Shown: piece by piece, positions 28,819 to 42,699 of the stretch
Numbering within the stretch: the stretch's first letter is position 1
Layout: every line of letters begins with the position of its first letter
From: Eledone cirrhosa
Taxonomy: Eukaryota
Assembly: GCA_964016885.1 (NCBI GenBank)
Contig: OZ024745.1
Location: 82,956,001-83,020,000, forward strand
Direction of reading: 5' to 3'
DNA length: 64,000 nt
The notes under the pieces: model-generated
The model's database searches: none
The model's input: the letters and a program-made list of their open reading frames with translations, nothing else
What the model was told of the DNA's origin: nothing
Position numbers and translations under genes: made by a program

Positions 28819-31800
28819 CCCCGTGACCAAGAAATACCGGGATGGCGGCCGGCGGGGAATAGCCGTGTCTCTAGGGGAGAACGACCCCTCTAGTCTTGGT
28901 TGACACTCGTTCTAGAAGTGGTAACACGAAATGATTACCCCTTGGCGGATAAGGATAAAACGCGACAAAATAAAGTAAATGTCTAATGATAAAATCTCAT
29001 ACCGGATCGGCCGTCACCGGGGTAAAAAAGGGCCGCGTCCCTCAGAGAGGAACCAGACTGGGGTCGAAAAATCAGCTAATGGTTCAAACCTTCCCATCAC
29101 TTCGGAGCTGGAGACCTCCCATAACCGGAATACTCCTACTGTTGGCCCTCCATGCTCACCACCAAGAAATCCAAAGAAAAAGAGAGAAAAAGGGTCAAGG
29201 GAAGATAATAAAGAAGTCCTTGAGGCTTTCTACACTGCCATGTACTACCCATCAAATACATCGAATACAGAACAGACATATATCAACTGGAAAAAGAAAC
29301 ATCCCGAAAACAGAGGCTATATTGACAGCAACAAACTAGCCAATATACGAAGAAATATTGTAAGAAAAAAGTTACTAACTGATATAGAAATTGATCAGAT
29401 CAAGCTATTAGCACAAAGTCAGCGAAGGGAAAATGAAACATGTGTCAGTGAAAACGAGGTAAACTGTAACACTTCGAACCCCAGGGTTGGGGCGGAATCA
29501 CTGGCAACAGAACAAATTAAAGAAAGGATCGAAAAAGTGGAGGGAGTGCATGCTCAGGATGAAACTCCAAATGAAAATAATGAGATCGTAAATGATAGAG
29601 AAATGAATGAGAATGAACTTGCCAACTTGAAGGATGAAATTATAATCGAATGGATGAAAATGAAAGAATCTGACTTGGGGTAACGAGACACCATCCCTAA
29701 GATCCAGAACTCCAAACAGAACCAAAAGATAATACACAAGACTAACATCATTCTCAAAAACATTATCATCACAAACAAACTAAACATTACTGATTTAAAT
29801 CATCTCTATTATGCATCGGCTAAAGTCACCACTCACTTATGTGGAGTGAAGATGAAAAAACAAAGGAATTCCCACAAGAAATCTACTTGGCAAGAGAACA
29901 TCAATCGCCAAATAAACCTTCTCCGATCTGACATAGAAATTTTAACAAACTATAAAGTAGGTGAACATGTTAAACAAACTAAACTTAGAAAATTGAAAAA
30001 AAAGTACAGTATAAAATCAACATGTGACATAGACATGCTGATAGAAATAATCAAGCAAAAAGTGTCGGCCAAAGCTGCTCGTATAAGGCGCTTTGAAAAA
30101 CGATCTAGATTCTATAAGGACAATAATATGTTCAAAAACAACCAAAGAAACTTCTACAGAAAAATTGGTAAATCAACAATAACTGCTAAATCAATACCAC
30201 CCAAGGAGGAAGTGCAAGAATTCTGGGAAAAGATCTGGGCCGAAGAAAAAGTTCATAACATACATGCCCCATGGATAGACAGACAAATGAAAGATACAGC
30301 TCACCTTGAGGAACAAATATGTGAAAATATAACAGTTGAACAGTTGCGCTTGGCTCTAAGAAAAACCAGCAAATGGAAATCCCCAGGAAAAGACAAAATA
30401 CAAAACTTTTGGATAAATGCCTTCACAGAGTCTCATGAGCTGTTAGCCCAACTTTACAATGAAATAGTTAAGGACCCAGAAAAGATACCATCATGGCTAG
30501 TTAACGGCATTACATTCCTGCTTCCGAAGAATGATGAGACAAACAATCCCAAAAATTACAGACCGATTACTTGCTTGACCACAATGTATAAAATTTTAAC
30601 ATCAGTCCTAACTGAATACACATATGACCACCTGATAACAAATGACCTATTTCCCATTGAGCAGAAAGGGTGTAAACGAGGCTCATATGGCTGTAAGGAT
30701 CAGCTTTTGGTTAACAAAATGATACTGGAAGATTGTCGTAATAGACACAAAAATCTATCGATTGCTTGGATAGATTATAAAAAAGCATTCGATAGTTTGC
30801 CACACAGTTGGATTGAAAAATGTTTAGAGATTTTCAAAATATCCCCCGTTGTCAGGAAATTTTTGTCATTCAGTATGAAGACATGGAAAACGACACTCCT
30901 TTTGAATAGTGAAACAAAATCACTGGAAGCTGGAGAAGTTAATATTAATTGTGGAATTTTTCAGGGTGACTCTTTATCACCGCTTTTATTCTGCATCGCA
31001 CTTATACTATTAAGTAAAATGCTCAATGAAACTAAACATGGATATAAAGTCTATGACAAGACCATTAATCACCTGTTCTACATGGATGACCTGAAACTAT
31101 TTGCAAAAAATGATGAACAATTGCAAGGGCTATTATCCACTGTAGAGCAGTTCAGTGATGACATTAAAATGAAGTTTGGACTAGATAAATGCGCCAAAGC
31201 AACGTTCACGAGAGGAAAGCTGCTGAAGAGTTCAGACATTAATCTTGATCGGGGGAACGTGATAAGAGAGCTTGATCAAGAAAAAACTTACAAATATCTA
31301 GGTGTTTGTGAAGGAGACGGAATCAAGCACTCGACAATGAGGGAAAGGATAAGGAAGGAATGTTACCGCAGAGTGAGAGCAATCTTAAGAACGGAATTGA
31401 ATGCAAGGAATAGGATCGATGCCATAAACACGCTTGCCATACCAGTAGTAACCTACAGTTACAATGTCATCAACTGGTCAAGCACAGAGATCCGTAGGCT
31501 CGATACAAAAATTCGAAAATTCTTAACCATGCACAGAATGCATCACCCTAAGGCAGATATAGATAGAATATATCTCCCTAGGAAAGAAGGAGGACGTGGG
31601 TTAATCCAGTTAGACATTGCGTTGAAAACTGCAACAATTGGATTATCTACATATCTAAGGGAATCACATGATTCGATGATCAAACTCGTTTTGAAACACG
31701 AAAGCATCAAAAGATCATATTCCATTACAAAAGATGCACAAAGATACAGTAATGGACTACAAATTTCAGAAGTCCCATTTACTGCTGAAATGGAAAACAC

Positions 31801-32763
31801 AGAAAAAGCAAAGCAGGTAAAAGTAACTGCAAAGAAAGAACTGCTACAGAAACTGGCTAAGAAATGGCAAGAAAAGCCTCTGTATGGAGAGCGTGCTAAC
31901 AATCCTGATGTTGACAAAACTTTAATCCATCAGTGGTTGGCATCCTCTGGACTGAAATCGGAGACTGAAGGACTGATTATATCAGCACAAGATCAGTGTC
32001 TGCCAACAAAAAATTACCAAGCCAACATAATAAAAAATGGATGCAGCCCATTATGCCGTGTATGCAAAAAACAACCAGAGACCATTGACCACATAATTTC
32101 AATGTGCAGTCCTATAGCTCCAACCGAATACCTAAACAGGCATGACAGAGCTGCACAATACATACATTGGATAATGTGTAAGCATTTTGACCTGCCCCAT
32201 CAAAAGAATTGGTGGGAGCATCAACCACCTCCCATACTTGAAAAAGATCACATCTTAATCTTGTGGAACTTTAGCATCCAAACAGACCGAAAAATAGATG
32301 CAAATAGACCTGATATAATATTGAAGGACTTTAAAAAGAGGGTATGCCTGATAATTGATATGTCTGTTCCAATAGACAAGAATGTATCTATAAAAACATT
32401 TGAAAAATTGAGCAAGTATAAGGATCTGGAGATAGAAATTGGAAAAATGTGGAAATTGAGAACTAAAACAATACCAGTGGTTGTAGGCGCTCTGGGAATG
32501 ATACCTAAGGGGTCTGATGATTACTTATCGCAGATCCCAGGAAACCCGCGTATAGGAGAAATACAAAAGATAGTACTAATGGGAACTGCCCATATACTAA
32601 GGAAGATTCTGTCAATATAAGTACATCACAAGTCTAAACACTAAAGATGCATGTGTGAGTATGTATGTTCTTCCTTGAACATGGCGGACCTTGTTGTCTC
32701 TTGAGGTCACTGGTTGTGACATGGTGATAACTCGTATGAACATAAAGCAAGATAAATGCAACT

Positions 32764-32814
<51 letters not shown>
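28819..32814 (+). mobile_element. Near-intact R4/Dong-clade non-LTR retrotransposon (RT + restriction-like endonuclease)
   Basis: GC-rich structured 5' UTR, single long reading frame, short 3' UTR, (TAA)n tail at 32765-32814. Confidence 0.92.
28979..32620 (+). CDS. RT-RLE polyprotein (~1213 codons) interrupted by one TAA at 29681-29683
   Basis: ORFs 28979-29683 and 29846-32620 share a frame and the gap is open; motifs KSPGKD, YRPITCL, DYKKAFDS, GIFQGDSLSP, FYMDD, CRVC..ETIDHIISMC, RHD, RPDII..IIDMSVP..K..KY. Confidence 0.9.
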
Positions 32815-32816
<2 letters not shown>

Positions 32817-32933
32817 TGTTTCTAATTTTGGCACAAGGCCAGCAATTACCCCAGTGCATTACTGATAAAATAAGGTACCAGTAATGCACTGCGATAATTG
32901 CTGGCCTTGTGCCAAAAGTAGAAGCAATTATTA
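32812..32933. repeat. Inverted dimer of SINE 3' tails (hairpin)
   Basis: TTTTGGCACAAGGCCAGCAATTA..CAGTGCATTACTG / CAGTAATGCACTG..TAATTGCTGGCCTTGTGCCAAAA. Confidence 0.75.
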
Positions 32934-32949
32934 TTTCATTATTATTATT

Positions 32950-33135
32950 GCGGTAGATTGGCAGTATCGGTAGAGGGTCGGACGCCATGCTTTCACGCAT
33001 AGAGTTACGGCCCTTGCTATTCTGAGTTCAAATACCGCCGAGGTTAACTTTGCCTTTCATCCTTACGGGGTCGATAAAATAAAGTACCAGTAATGCGCTG
33101 GTATTTGTTGGCCTTGTGCCAAAAAGTAGAATATT
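32950..33135 (+). mobile_element. tRNA-derived SINE
   Basis: Full A/B-box and core match to the 14723 copy. Confidence 0.85.
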
Positions 33136-33151
33136 TGGACCTTTTGGCCCA

Positions 33152-36100
33152 AATATTTGAACAACATTTGAACATTTTACTTTTAAAAAAAACAAAAACA
33201 CATGGCTGAGCTCCCCCCCCCCAACCAATATGTCTGCTGTCGCGTGACAACGGCGTAAAAGTTGAGAGGAGGGTTACAAAAATTGATACAACAGACACAA
33301 CCATAAACAACGTGAACAAAGACAACAACACTGAGAACACCAATTAAAAAAAAATTACCACACCAACTACAACAATAACAGCGACAAGCAAAATACAGAC
33401 AACAGAAAAAAATGCCAACACTGAAAATATAAGTAATAGCAATGGCAATTTTTTTAGATTTGTCACATACAAACATGGATTTCCCGCTATTACCAACGTC
33501 TACAGGTGTTGAAGCCGCCATCCCCACCACCACAATGTCAAAAAGAACAACCAACACCACTGATACCACCACCACAGCAACAACTGAAACAAAAATAAAT
33601 TATTTTTTCGTGATTTCGAAATGGATTCTCCGAAAATCGACTCTTCCACGCCGACCGCCACTGACACCACCACCACCACCACCACCACCACCACCACCAC
33701 CACCACAGCTGAAACTAAAAATAATAATAACAAAAATAACAATAACAACAACAGCAACAACAGCAACAATAAGAATAACAACAACAACATCAACAGCAGC
33801 GCAAAACCAATTGTGTCGTTTGCTAAAGCGGCAAACAAAAATGAAACGGTTGAGGTAAGAATTGAATGAAGCCAAGCGAATGGTAAAAAAAATATGGTTA
33901 CAGGGTCAGCCTCACCACCCCAGCTAATACCATGGAGCATCGGTACCTATGCATATCGGACGATAAATATTAAAACGCGACGAGTGGACGGGAATCCGAG
34001 TACCAGATACAACAGGCTTTGGGACATGTGTGGGCTCAAAAAAACCACATGAGACTTAGGCAAAAATATGGAACCATGGACGTGTTCTTTGGAACCCCAA
34101 AGGAAGCTAGAGAGCACTCCATGGCTCCATTAAAAAGTGATGAGTTCACACTCGTCCCAAGCTATTGTGGTCAGAGGCTGGTAAGGATCAGGGTGACCCA
34201 GGTTCTGCCGGCCATTGAAATTCCCTCGCTAATGGCTACCGTCCGCGCCGACATCGAGGGCGACACTAAAGTAATTGAGGTGATAAAAGTAAAGCAAGAG
34301 AACTTGTCCAGATTTGGGATGAAGCTCTTGATCCAAGCGGACCAAACAAACACACAGGAAATTCCAGAGGTGATAGACCTCAATGACGGCAGCCACCTCA
34401 CCGTAATCGTTGAGGGTAGAAGGCCTAGGTGTGTCGTTTGTGGCGAAAGAACCCACCTAAAGGTTTTCTGCCCTCAGGCTAAAAGTTGAGGCCACCTCTC
34501 CTACCCACCCCAGTGACTCAACCATCAAAACCAGCAGCAGACATGGCAGCAACAACAGAAGCAACTGTAGCAGCAACAACCCCAGCAACTGTAGCAGCAA
34601 CAGTAGCAAAACCTAAACCACCACCACCCACCGCGCCAGAATTAGCACCAGCGCCTCCACCATCCACCACAACCAAAACCAACGCCTGTGGAGGATTTTC
34701 CACTCCCCTCCCCGACCTATCAAAACTGGAGACAGATTGTGACGACGAAGAGGAGTGGGAAACTGTATCTCGAAAAAAGAAAAAAAAAGAAACCAAAAAA
34801 GAAAGAAATCCTGTTCCTTCGCACTCAAAAAACAAAATTCAGGGCGAAGGAAACAAACAAACTAACAAAAAAGTTAAGACAGCTATGTCACCACCCACAC
34901 CAGCATCACCAGCCCCATCACCACAAACACCAACGCCATCACCATCATTAAACCCAACACCGTCCTTCCTCCACAAGAAGTGAGATAAGTGGTCTTTTCC
35001 ATCTTTTTCCACTCATTTTCAGCATGAACTCAGAATAGGCAGCATAAATGCGTGTGGTCTGGGGTCGTCATGGAAGCAGGCCACCTGCTCAACGACTTCA
35101 GGTCACTAAACATAGATGTGGTGGCCATCAGCGAGACCAGAATCTCTGAAGCACGAGCCTTCGAACCGATCTTCGGCAGCTACGATGTATACGCATCTTC
35201 CAGCCGTCCAGGATCGGGGGGGGGGGTACTGTGCTTTTTCGGAGAGATTTGGATCTCGCCTTTAACAGCAGGTGAAATACGGGAAGCGCTGTCTGACTGC
35301 ACGAGGGGTAAGTCACCAGGTTTGGATGGTCTGCCCTAAGAGCTTTATGCGTATATGCCAGGCTTGTTCGGTGGCCTCTTGGCAGATATCTACTGCAACT
35401 GGCAGCAGAACGGACGCATTCCAAGTTTTGTGAGTCGGGGAGCTGTGGCGCTGAGGAGAAAAGACCCTAACAAAGGGGACGTTATAGACAACTTCAGGCC
35501 CATAACTCTAGTAACCGCAGAGCTTAAGATTTTGGCCTCGGTGTTAGCAAAGAGATTGGCACCTGTTGTCGGTGATCTGGTGGGAGAGGCACAGACTTGC
35601 GCCATTCCGGACAGATCCATCCACAACAACCTCCATCTCATGCGATACATCAAGAGAGGGTGGTTAAGAAGCCTGGCACGGGTGGGGTCCTGATCAACTT
35701 GGATCAATCTATAGCATTTGATAGGTTCGACCATCGGTACCGAGCTGTGATCCTCGAAGCGGCCGGCTTCGGGCCCGTTTTTAGGGGCTGGATCCCTGCG
35801 ATGCACAGCGGAATCTGCTCGAATCTGAGGGTGGATGGTCACCTGTTGCAGCCGTTCAGAATCATGCGCTCGGTCCGCCAGGGTTGTCCCCTCTCGTCCC
35901 TCTTGAACGTATTGGCCCTCGAGCCGTTACTGCTCAAATTGGAGACAATTAGGGGGGTTCCACCCAAACTGCGATGCGGGAAATCCGTGTCAGCTTACGC
36001 CGATGATGGTGTCGAGGACCAAACACATCCAGAAGCTCGGCACCGCTCTCAAGGAATACGAAGCGGTGACAGGAGCAAAGATAAACCAAGAAAAGTCGGT

Positions 36101-36999
36101 GGGCTTGCAACTCGGCACCTGGAGAGGCAAGTCCATGCCGTCCGACAGCGTCATGGAGCGTTGGACAGAAGGACCGGTTAAACTGTTCGGGGTCTGGTTC
36201 GGTCCAGACCTCCAGATTGAGAAAAACTGGTGCGAGGTGACGAGCAGGGTGGCGTCTCTCACCCAGAAATGGGCCGAGAGGAGTCTGTCTCTGAAAGGTC
36301 GGGCGGAGGTGGCGAATGCGTACATCGCGTCCGTCATCTGCTACCACCTTACCGTCGTACCTTGACCCGCCCATCTCTGACCAAAATGGAGCGCCATTTC
36401 TTCCGCTTTTTGTGGAATGGACGTGCTCCCCTGGTCAGACGATCCATCTGCTGTCAGCACCCTTTGCGTGGAAAGACTGGGCATGCCGTGGCTGATGATG
36501 CGCAAACATGCGCTGAGGCTGCGATATTTCTGGTGCTTCCTTGACGGTGAACAGGTGTTTGCCTGATGCGCTTTTTCTCCAACTCGTCTCCTTGACGGAG
36601 CTGCAGTCATGGATGAGGAAAAGACCGAGGGATAGCGTTTTGAAGCTGGAATGTCTCCAAGCGCCCTCTACCCGCTGGGCCCTCGTATCGGTGGAACATC
36701 CACCTTGGCGTTCTATAGAGGGCCAGTGGAGGGAAAGGGCGACGACGTTTTCTGGGAGACCCTGGGCGCCGAAGATGATCAGCTATTCGCTCTCTTCAAG
36801 AGAACTTTCAACCCGGGCCCTATGGACAATTTTCCAGAAATACCTGGCCTGGCAGTGCTACCGGGGAGCGTTGCCGGTTCGGAGTAAGCTCTACAGGCAC
36901 GGAGGTGCTGACAGCCGAGCCTGTCCGAGATGCGCGCAGGGCGACGAAACCGACCTGCACGCACTCGTTCAGTGCTCCAGGATTGCTGACATATGGAGC
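33152..36999 (+). mobile_element. Tx1/L1-clade LINE, internally deleted and 3'-truncated (copy 2)
   Basis: 5' ~270 bp match 2195-2460; ORF1 knuckle CVVCGERTHLKVFC; APE start fused to the pre-RT region at ~35260; QGCPLS, AYADD; ends after CPRCAQGDETDLHALVQC. Confidence 0.9.
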
Positions 37000-37274
37000 T
37001 CTTGTCGTTGTTACAGTTCTTGTAGTTACTGTTGTCGTTGTTGTTACTGTTTCTCTAATTTGTTTTGCTGTTGTTGATTTTGTTGTAGTAGCTGTTGTTG
37101 TTGCTGCTATTTTTTGTTGTTGATATTGTTGTTTACGGTGTTGTTGGTGTTAATGCTGTCTTTGTTGCTGCTGTAGTTGGTATAACTGTAATTGTTTTTT
37201 GTTAGTGTTGTTGTTGTTCTTGTTGTTTCTGCTGTAGTAGTGGTCGTTATAATTGTTGTTATTCTTGTTGTTGC

Positions 37275-37308
<34 letters not shown>

Positions 37309-37348
37309 CTTCTTCTTCTTCTTCTTCTTCTTCTTCTTCTTCTTCTTC
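37000..37348. repeat. Degenerate (GTT)n tract grading into (GTT)n(CTT)n microsatellite
   Basis: Read directly. Confidence 0.85.
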
Positions 37349-37907
37349 CGTCAGATTTGAGCGAAGCTATGATCAATGTAATACCATCCATGACCATCGC
37401 CTCGTTTTATTCTTCTGAAATTACTCTGTGAAATGTCTCCCTCTTTTCTTAAAGACGATAAGCTCCGGTCGGAAAGAAAACTGGCTCCAATTCAAAGAAC
37501 GAAGTTACTATTTCTATGGTTAAAGCTATAATAGAAATGAAACGGTAAGTCATTTTTAATAGAATCTTCATTTCTAATGGAGATCCTGGCTTGCTGATGT
37601 TCTCATTATTGTGATCCGGAAAAAAGTTTCTTTAATGCGTTGGATAGAGTTTGGCGTCAAAGCATAAAGTCAATTATTTAGTGTTGTATATTTTTCATGT
37701 TTCTCTGGTGCAATGTTAGAGTTCAGGTGATATACATATTTAGAAGTTAATCTTCTGTATATATGTCGCAATAGACACATGGGTTTCTAAGCTGCAAATT
37801 AATATAATCTTAGATATAATTGAATTTAGTTTGAATTTGATGAAATTATTGTTGATATGCACACATACACGCATACACGCACACACGCACACACGCACAC
37901 ACACATA

Positions 37908-37980
<73 letters not shown>

Positions 37981-38500
37981 TATATATAATGTTATAAACT
38001 CAAACAGTCTTTTACAATTAAATCGCTCAAAGAAAGAAATATTTCTGAGCCGTGAAATGCAAATTAATATAAATACAGAAATGGAATTTTCACTTATCGT
38101 TGCGAAACGAATTTGGGTTTTGAAATTTAAATTTGTCTGCGGAACAGGTTTGGGTTTTGAAATTTAAATTTGTCCAGTAATCACGGCTATTGCCAATATG
38201 GGTTTGTTTTTATTGATTTATTATTTTAAATCGAGACAGGCAAACTGTATTAATTTAATTAGTATTTTTCAATCTAGCTAACTTGGTCATTTGCAATACA
38301 AACACTTATATAATTGTATTTGTGTTTATCATATATTAATTTATATTAATTTGTATATATATATATATATACATACATACTTACTTTCACGCGTACATGT
38401 ACACACACACACACACACATATATATATAATAAATACACACACACACACACACACATACATATATATATGTACATACATACTTACTTTCACGCGTACATG

Positions 38501-38567
<67 letters not shown>

Positions 38568-39619
38568 AATACACACACACACATATATATATATGTACAT
38601 ACATACTTTCTTTTTTTGTGGAGCGAGAGACACCTAGTCTTCATTAAGACTTCTCTGTAGCTCATTCTGATATAAGACCTGCGACTTCATTTGCATCCAA
38701 TGATGTAGACCAGTTCGTCTTTTGGGGCAAATGCATTCAATGTTCAGAGAGTGGGATTGGCCCCGTCCAAAGCCTTTCCTTACTTAAAAAAGTTTAACCC
38801 ATAGGAATTGCTTGATATGTAACATTTGTTGCGATGCATGTTATTGCTGGCCATAGGCAAGTCCCTAGCACGACTAAAAAGCCACATCCGTATTGATAAA
38901 AGACAATATGTACTATCTCATTGTTGTGTATATGAACATACTTCTATAAGAATGTGCAACTGATGAGGGTGTTGTCAGATGCATTTTACTTCGCTTCATA
39001 AAATATTCATGAGCATGTAGCTGGCTGTCCAGTCTTCTTTCTATGTTAGCGTTACTTAACATTTTCATCAGTACACTGTTTTATTTAACACACTATTACT
39101 AGGAAACGCTAGCGACGAGAAAGGATCCTAACTTACTGTTTATCAATAGACGAGAAACAGAGCAAAAAAGGGCACGGACATTCAACTTGCAAGAAATAGC
39201 AGCAAAATGTCGTTCAAATCACCGTCTACCATCAGAAACAGAGAAAAAAGACCTAGGCTAATGTAGTTCTCAAATATCAGAAAAGTTACGACCATCACTC
39301 GCGATTGCGGTTCATTTCGAGCTGAACAAAATCACCGGTGACAGTGAAAACAGTAAGAACAAAATAGTAACAAGAACAGGATCGGAAACAACATTAAAAC
39401 AACGAAACGGGTGAAAAAAAACCCACTAAAAATAGTAACATCAATATTACCAAAATAATCATTACGAAATAATAGACGAAGTCTAAGAGTACTTTTACAA
39501 GAGTTACACTTCGCGACGAGTATGTGAAAATGTCGAAGACGATAGCTTTTAACTCGCAAGCCAGTTATAGATGTTTTGCAAGAGAAATAAATGAATCATA
39601 TTTAACCACATTATTTGGT

Positions 39620-40170
39620 TTGGCAGTATCCGTAGAGCGTCAGACACCATGCTTTGCAGTATAGGAGTTGCGGCCCTTTACGGTCTGAGTTCAAATCCCG
39701 CCGAGGTTAACTTTGCTTTTCATCCTTACGGAGTCGAAAAAATAAAGTACCAGTAATGTACTGGGTTAATTGCCTGTCTTGTGCCAAAAGTAGAAACAAT
39801 TATTACACACAATTAAGGTGATGGATTGGCAGTATCGGTAGAGAGTCGGACGCCATGCTTTTCAGCATAGAGTTACGGCCCTTTACATCCTGAGTGGAAA
39901 TCCCGTCGAGGTTAACTTTGTCTTTCAACCTTACGGGGTCGATCAAATAAAGCACACGCAGTTGGCAGTACCAGTAGAGCGTCGGACATGCTTTGCAGCA
40001 TAGAGTTACGACCCTTTGCGTCCTATGTTCAAATCCCGTTAGGGGTAGCTTTGCCTTTCATCCTTATGGAGTTGATAAAATAAAGTACCAGTCAAGTACT
40101 TGGGTTGATGTAATCAACTCCCCCCCACTTAGAAAAATTGTTGGCCTTGTGCCTATAGTAGAAATAATTA
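39620..40170 (+). mobile_element. Three tandem tRNA-derived SINEs (39620-39803, 39817-39952, 39961-40170)
   Basis: Each has a TTGGCAGTA.. head, B-box-like motif and CTTTG..TTTCA.CCTTA.GG core. Confidence 0.85.
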
Positions 40171-42023
40171 TCACAGGCAATTTTATATATAAAAGGCGTG
40201 AAAAGCTACAAGGACAATTAAATCAATCATGTGTTTGTTCAAGTATAATGCTTCCTCAATACATTATTCACCGAAAAAATATAGGCTTCCTTTCAATGAA
40301 AAACCTTAACACTTTCTAAGAAAGGGGAAAGAATTACTTCTTTTGAGTAGTGATGAACTGTAGTCAAGAGAATATTAAATATTTGATAATTATTAGCATT
40401 TGTTTGAAGTTTTAGAAGGAACACTCTCAGGGTGAGATGACTTATTTAGTTTAAGTGATCAGTTTCCATTTCTAGTTATTCTCTGACGATGCTGCTGCAG
40501 TGGAAGGTTAGATAGAAAAGAAGAGTTATTCTTCAATTCTTATATATTTATTTTCTCTGTATAATGAGGAGAAATATTAACACAGTTTTCATTTTATCTA
40601 CAACTAATTGATTATCATGAGATAGACATTAAATGTTTTGTTCCAACACTAATCTCAGACTGAATTAGACTTCCAGCTGAATTAGAGAATATTCTTCTTA
40701 TAAAACAATGAAATATTTATTGATTTGAATCCATATATGAACATAAAGTACATTGTTTAACACAGGATAATATTTATGAAGATTATTGATGTTGACTATC
40801 CACAAAAGACTTACTGTGTCAAATCAAGATACCATTATAGTACTTTTTAATAACTCAATTATTCATATTAGTAAGACATTCGACAGCATCAGCGATCGGA
40901 TATTGCCGGGGTATCTATTTTAAAGTGTACTTATATTCTTAGAATTTGGAGGTTCTGAGCAATATTTAATTTTTTACTAAGCCTTAATGCTTCAGTTGTG
41001 TCAATTCCGGGCTCTTTACGGATAGGAGGATTTTGAACATTTTCGTTGACATTCTTCGACATCTCACTTTTCATATATAGGTTTAATTCATATCATAAAA
41101 AAACATGTTTAATTAGTTTCTGTTGAAACAAGATGCAGCATTTCTCTAGAGATAATTTTGTTAAAAAGTACATACTAGTTTTAGTTCACTAAAAGACGAA
41201 TTATTTTCATTGTTTATTGCCGGATTACATCCAACTTAATGTAATCACAGTCCCTGTTCTCGTCCACTACTAGGTCTGAGACTAGATTCATTACTCCACA
41301 TATACTATGGTGCAGCTTAGTTGAGGACCAATATGTAGGCTCTAGGATGCAGTGGTTTATTTTATATATTACAATGCTGTCGGCATCACGATTACATGTA
41401 GTTAACTATACTTATAGTCAAAGGGCAATAAATACTCGAAGCTATGGAAATCTTCCACTATTATACAAATAAATATACCATTTATGGTGAGCCAGTAATA
41501 TCAGCCAACTCCTGATGTCATCTTTCTTTGGTTTATTCATGCCATTATTTGTTAATATTGAAAAAAGCATTTTTGCTCTCCAACGGTTATGGTTACCGGT
41601 AACAGAAATAAAAAAAATTATTATTTGTGCTTACGAATCTTATCTAAATTGAAACATCCTACTACTTTAATAAGACATGTATTATAATTTGTACATCGTT
41701 CGATATTAGCATTAAACCTCTCCCAATAAAACACATTATGATTTTCGTGAGGTGCATCATACAATCATATATTACATTTATTCATTATAATTGTGGCCTA
41801 AACAATGCAGATATTTTCATCTTTTGTAGCAAAGAAACTACATAGTATTCTTTTGACATCAATGCTAGATAAATAATATCAGAAGTAGCTGAAGATGTCT
41901 GTTTATGCTATAACACCCCATTAATTGTGATACTAATAGCAACGTTCATTTTTTCTAATAAATGTTAAGCACCGGATAATCATTTAACCTACATCAAAAT
42001 AAGTTTTTAGAAATTAGAATACA

Positions 42024-42098
<75 letters not shown>

Positions 42099-42120
42099 CG
42101 CGTGTGTGTGTGTGATATAT

Positions 42121-42198
<78 letters not shown>

Positions 42199-42699
42199 AA
42201 TTGAAAATGTATACAAAATTTATAATCAAAGTTGTGTACAGAATTTATAATAAAATGTATGCAATTTTATATATCTATATTTTTTCAAGCAGAATTGATT
42301 CTTTTCTATAAGCTCAGAGCCGACAAATATATATGTTAATTTACTTCTATAAATAGGTACGAACGGCGACATAGAATCTATTCCATCTTCGTTTACTTAG
42401 CTGTTTTTGTGACTACCTAATTACAATGTAAAAATTCGGATGCTTCAACGGGACATGATGTTAATGTTCCTTTATACCTGGAAATTGTAGGAAGTTGTAG
42501 GCTGAGAATTGTAGGTGTCTACTAGCTTTATATTATGGTGTCGATATTTTAAGCCATGCTATTGCACTCTCTATTGAATACGAAACCTTTTCGCCTTTAT
42601 AAGATGTAACATTTATTTAGAGTAACGTGTCTCTAATCTGATATGCGGGATTTAACTTTTCATCATTCCTCCAATACATTTTTCAAATGAGTTTCTAAT

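Noticed and set aside
37455-37544. Exon-like segment with lectin-like ENWLQFKERSYYF and a GTAAGT donor
   Set aside because: Stops in all three frames and no supporting neighbouring exons.
38955-39120. CTGATGAG...GAAACGCTAGCGAC hammerhead-like relic
   Set aside because: Cleavage triplet and stems I/II do not form; relics at ~26575-26615 and ~49046 are likewise too degraded.
40320-40860. Coding-like AT-rich stretches (also ~50080-50330 and 56000-56600)
   Set aside because: No sustained frame or diagnostic motif that I can support; probably ancient TE decay.
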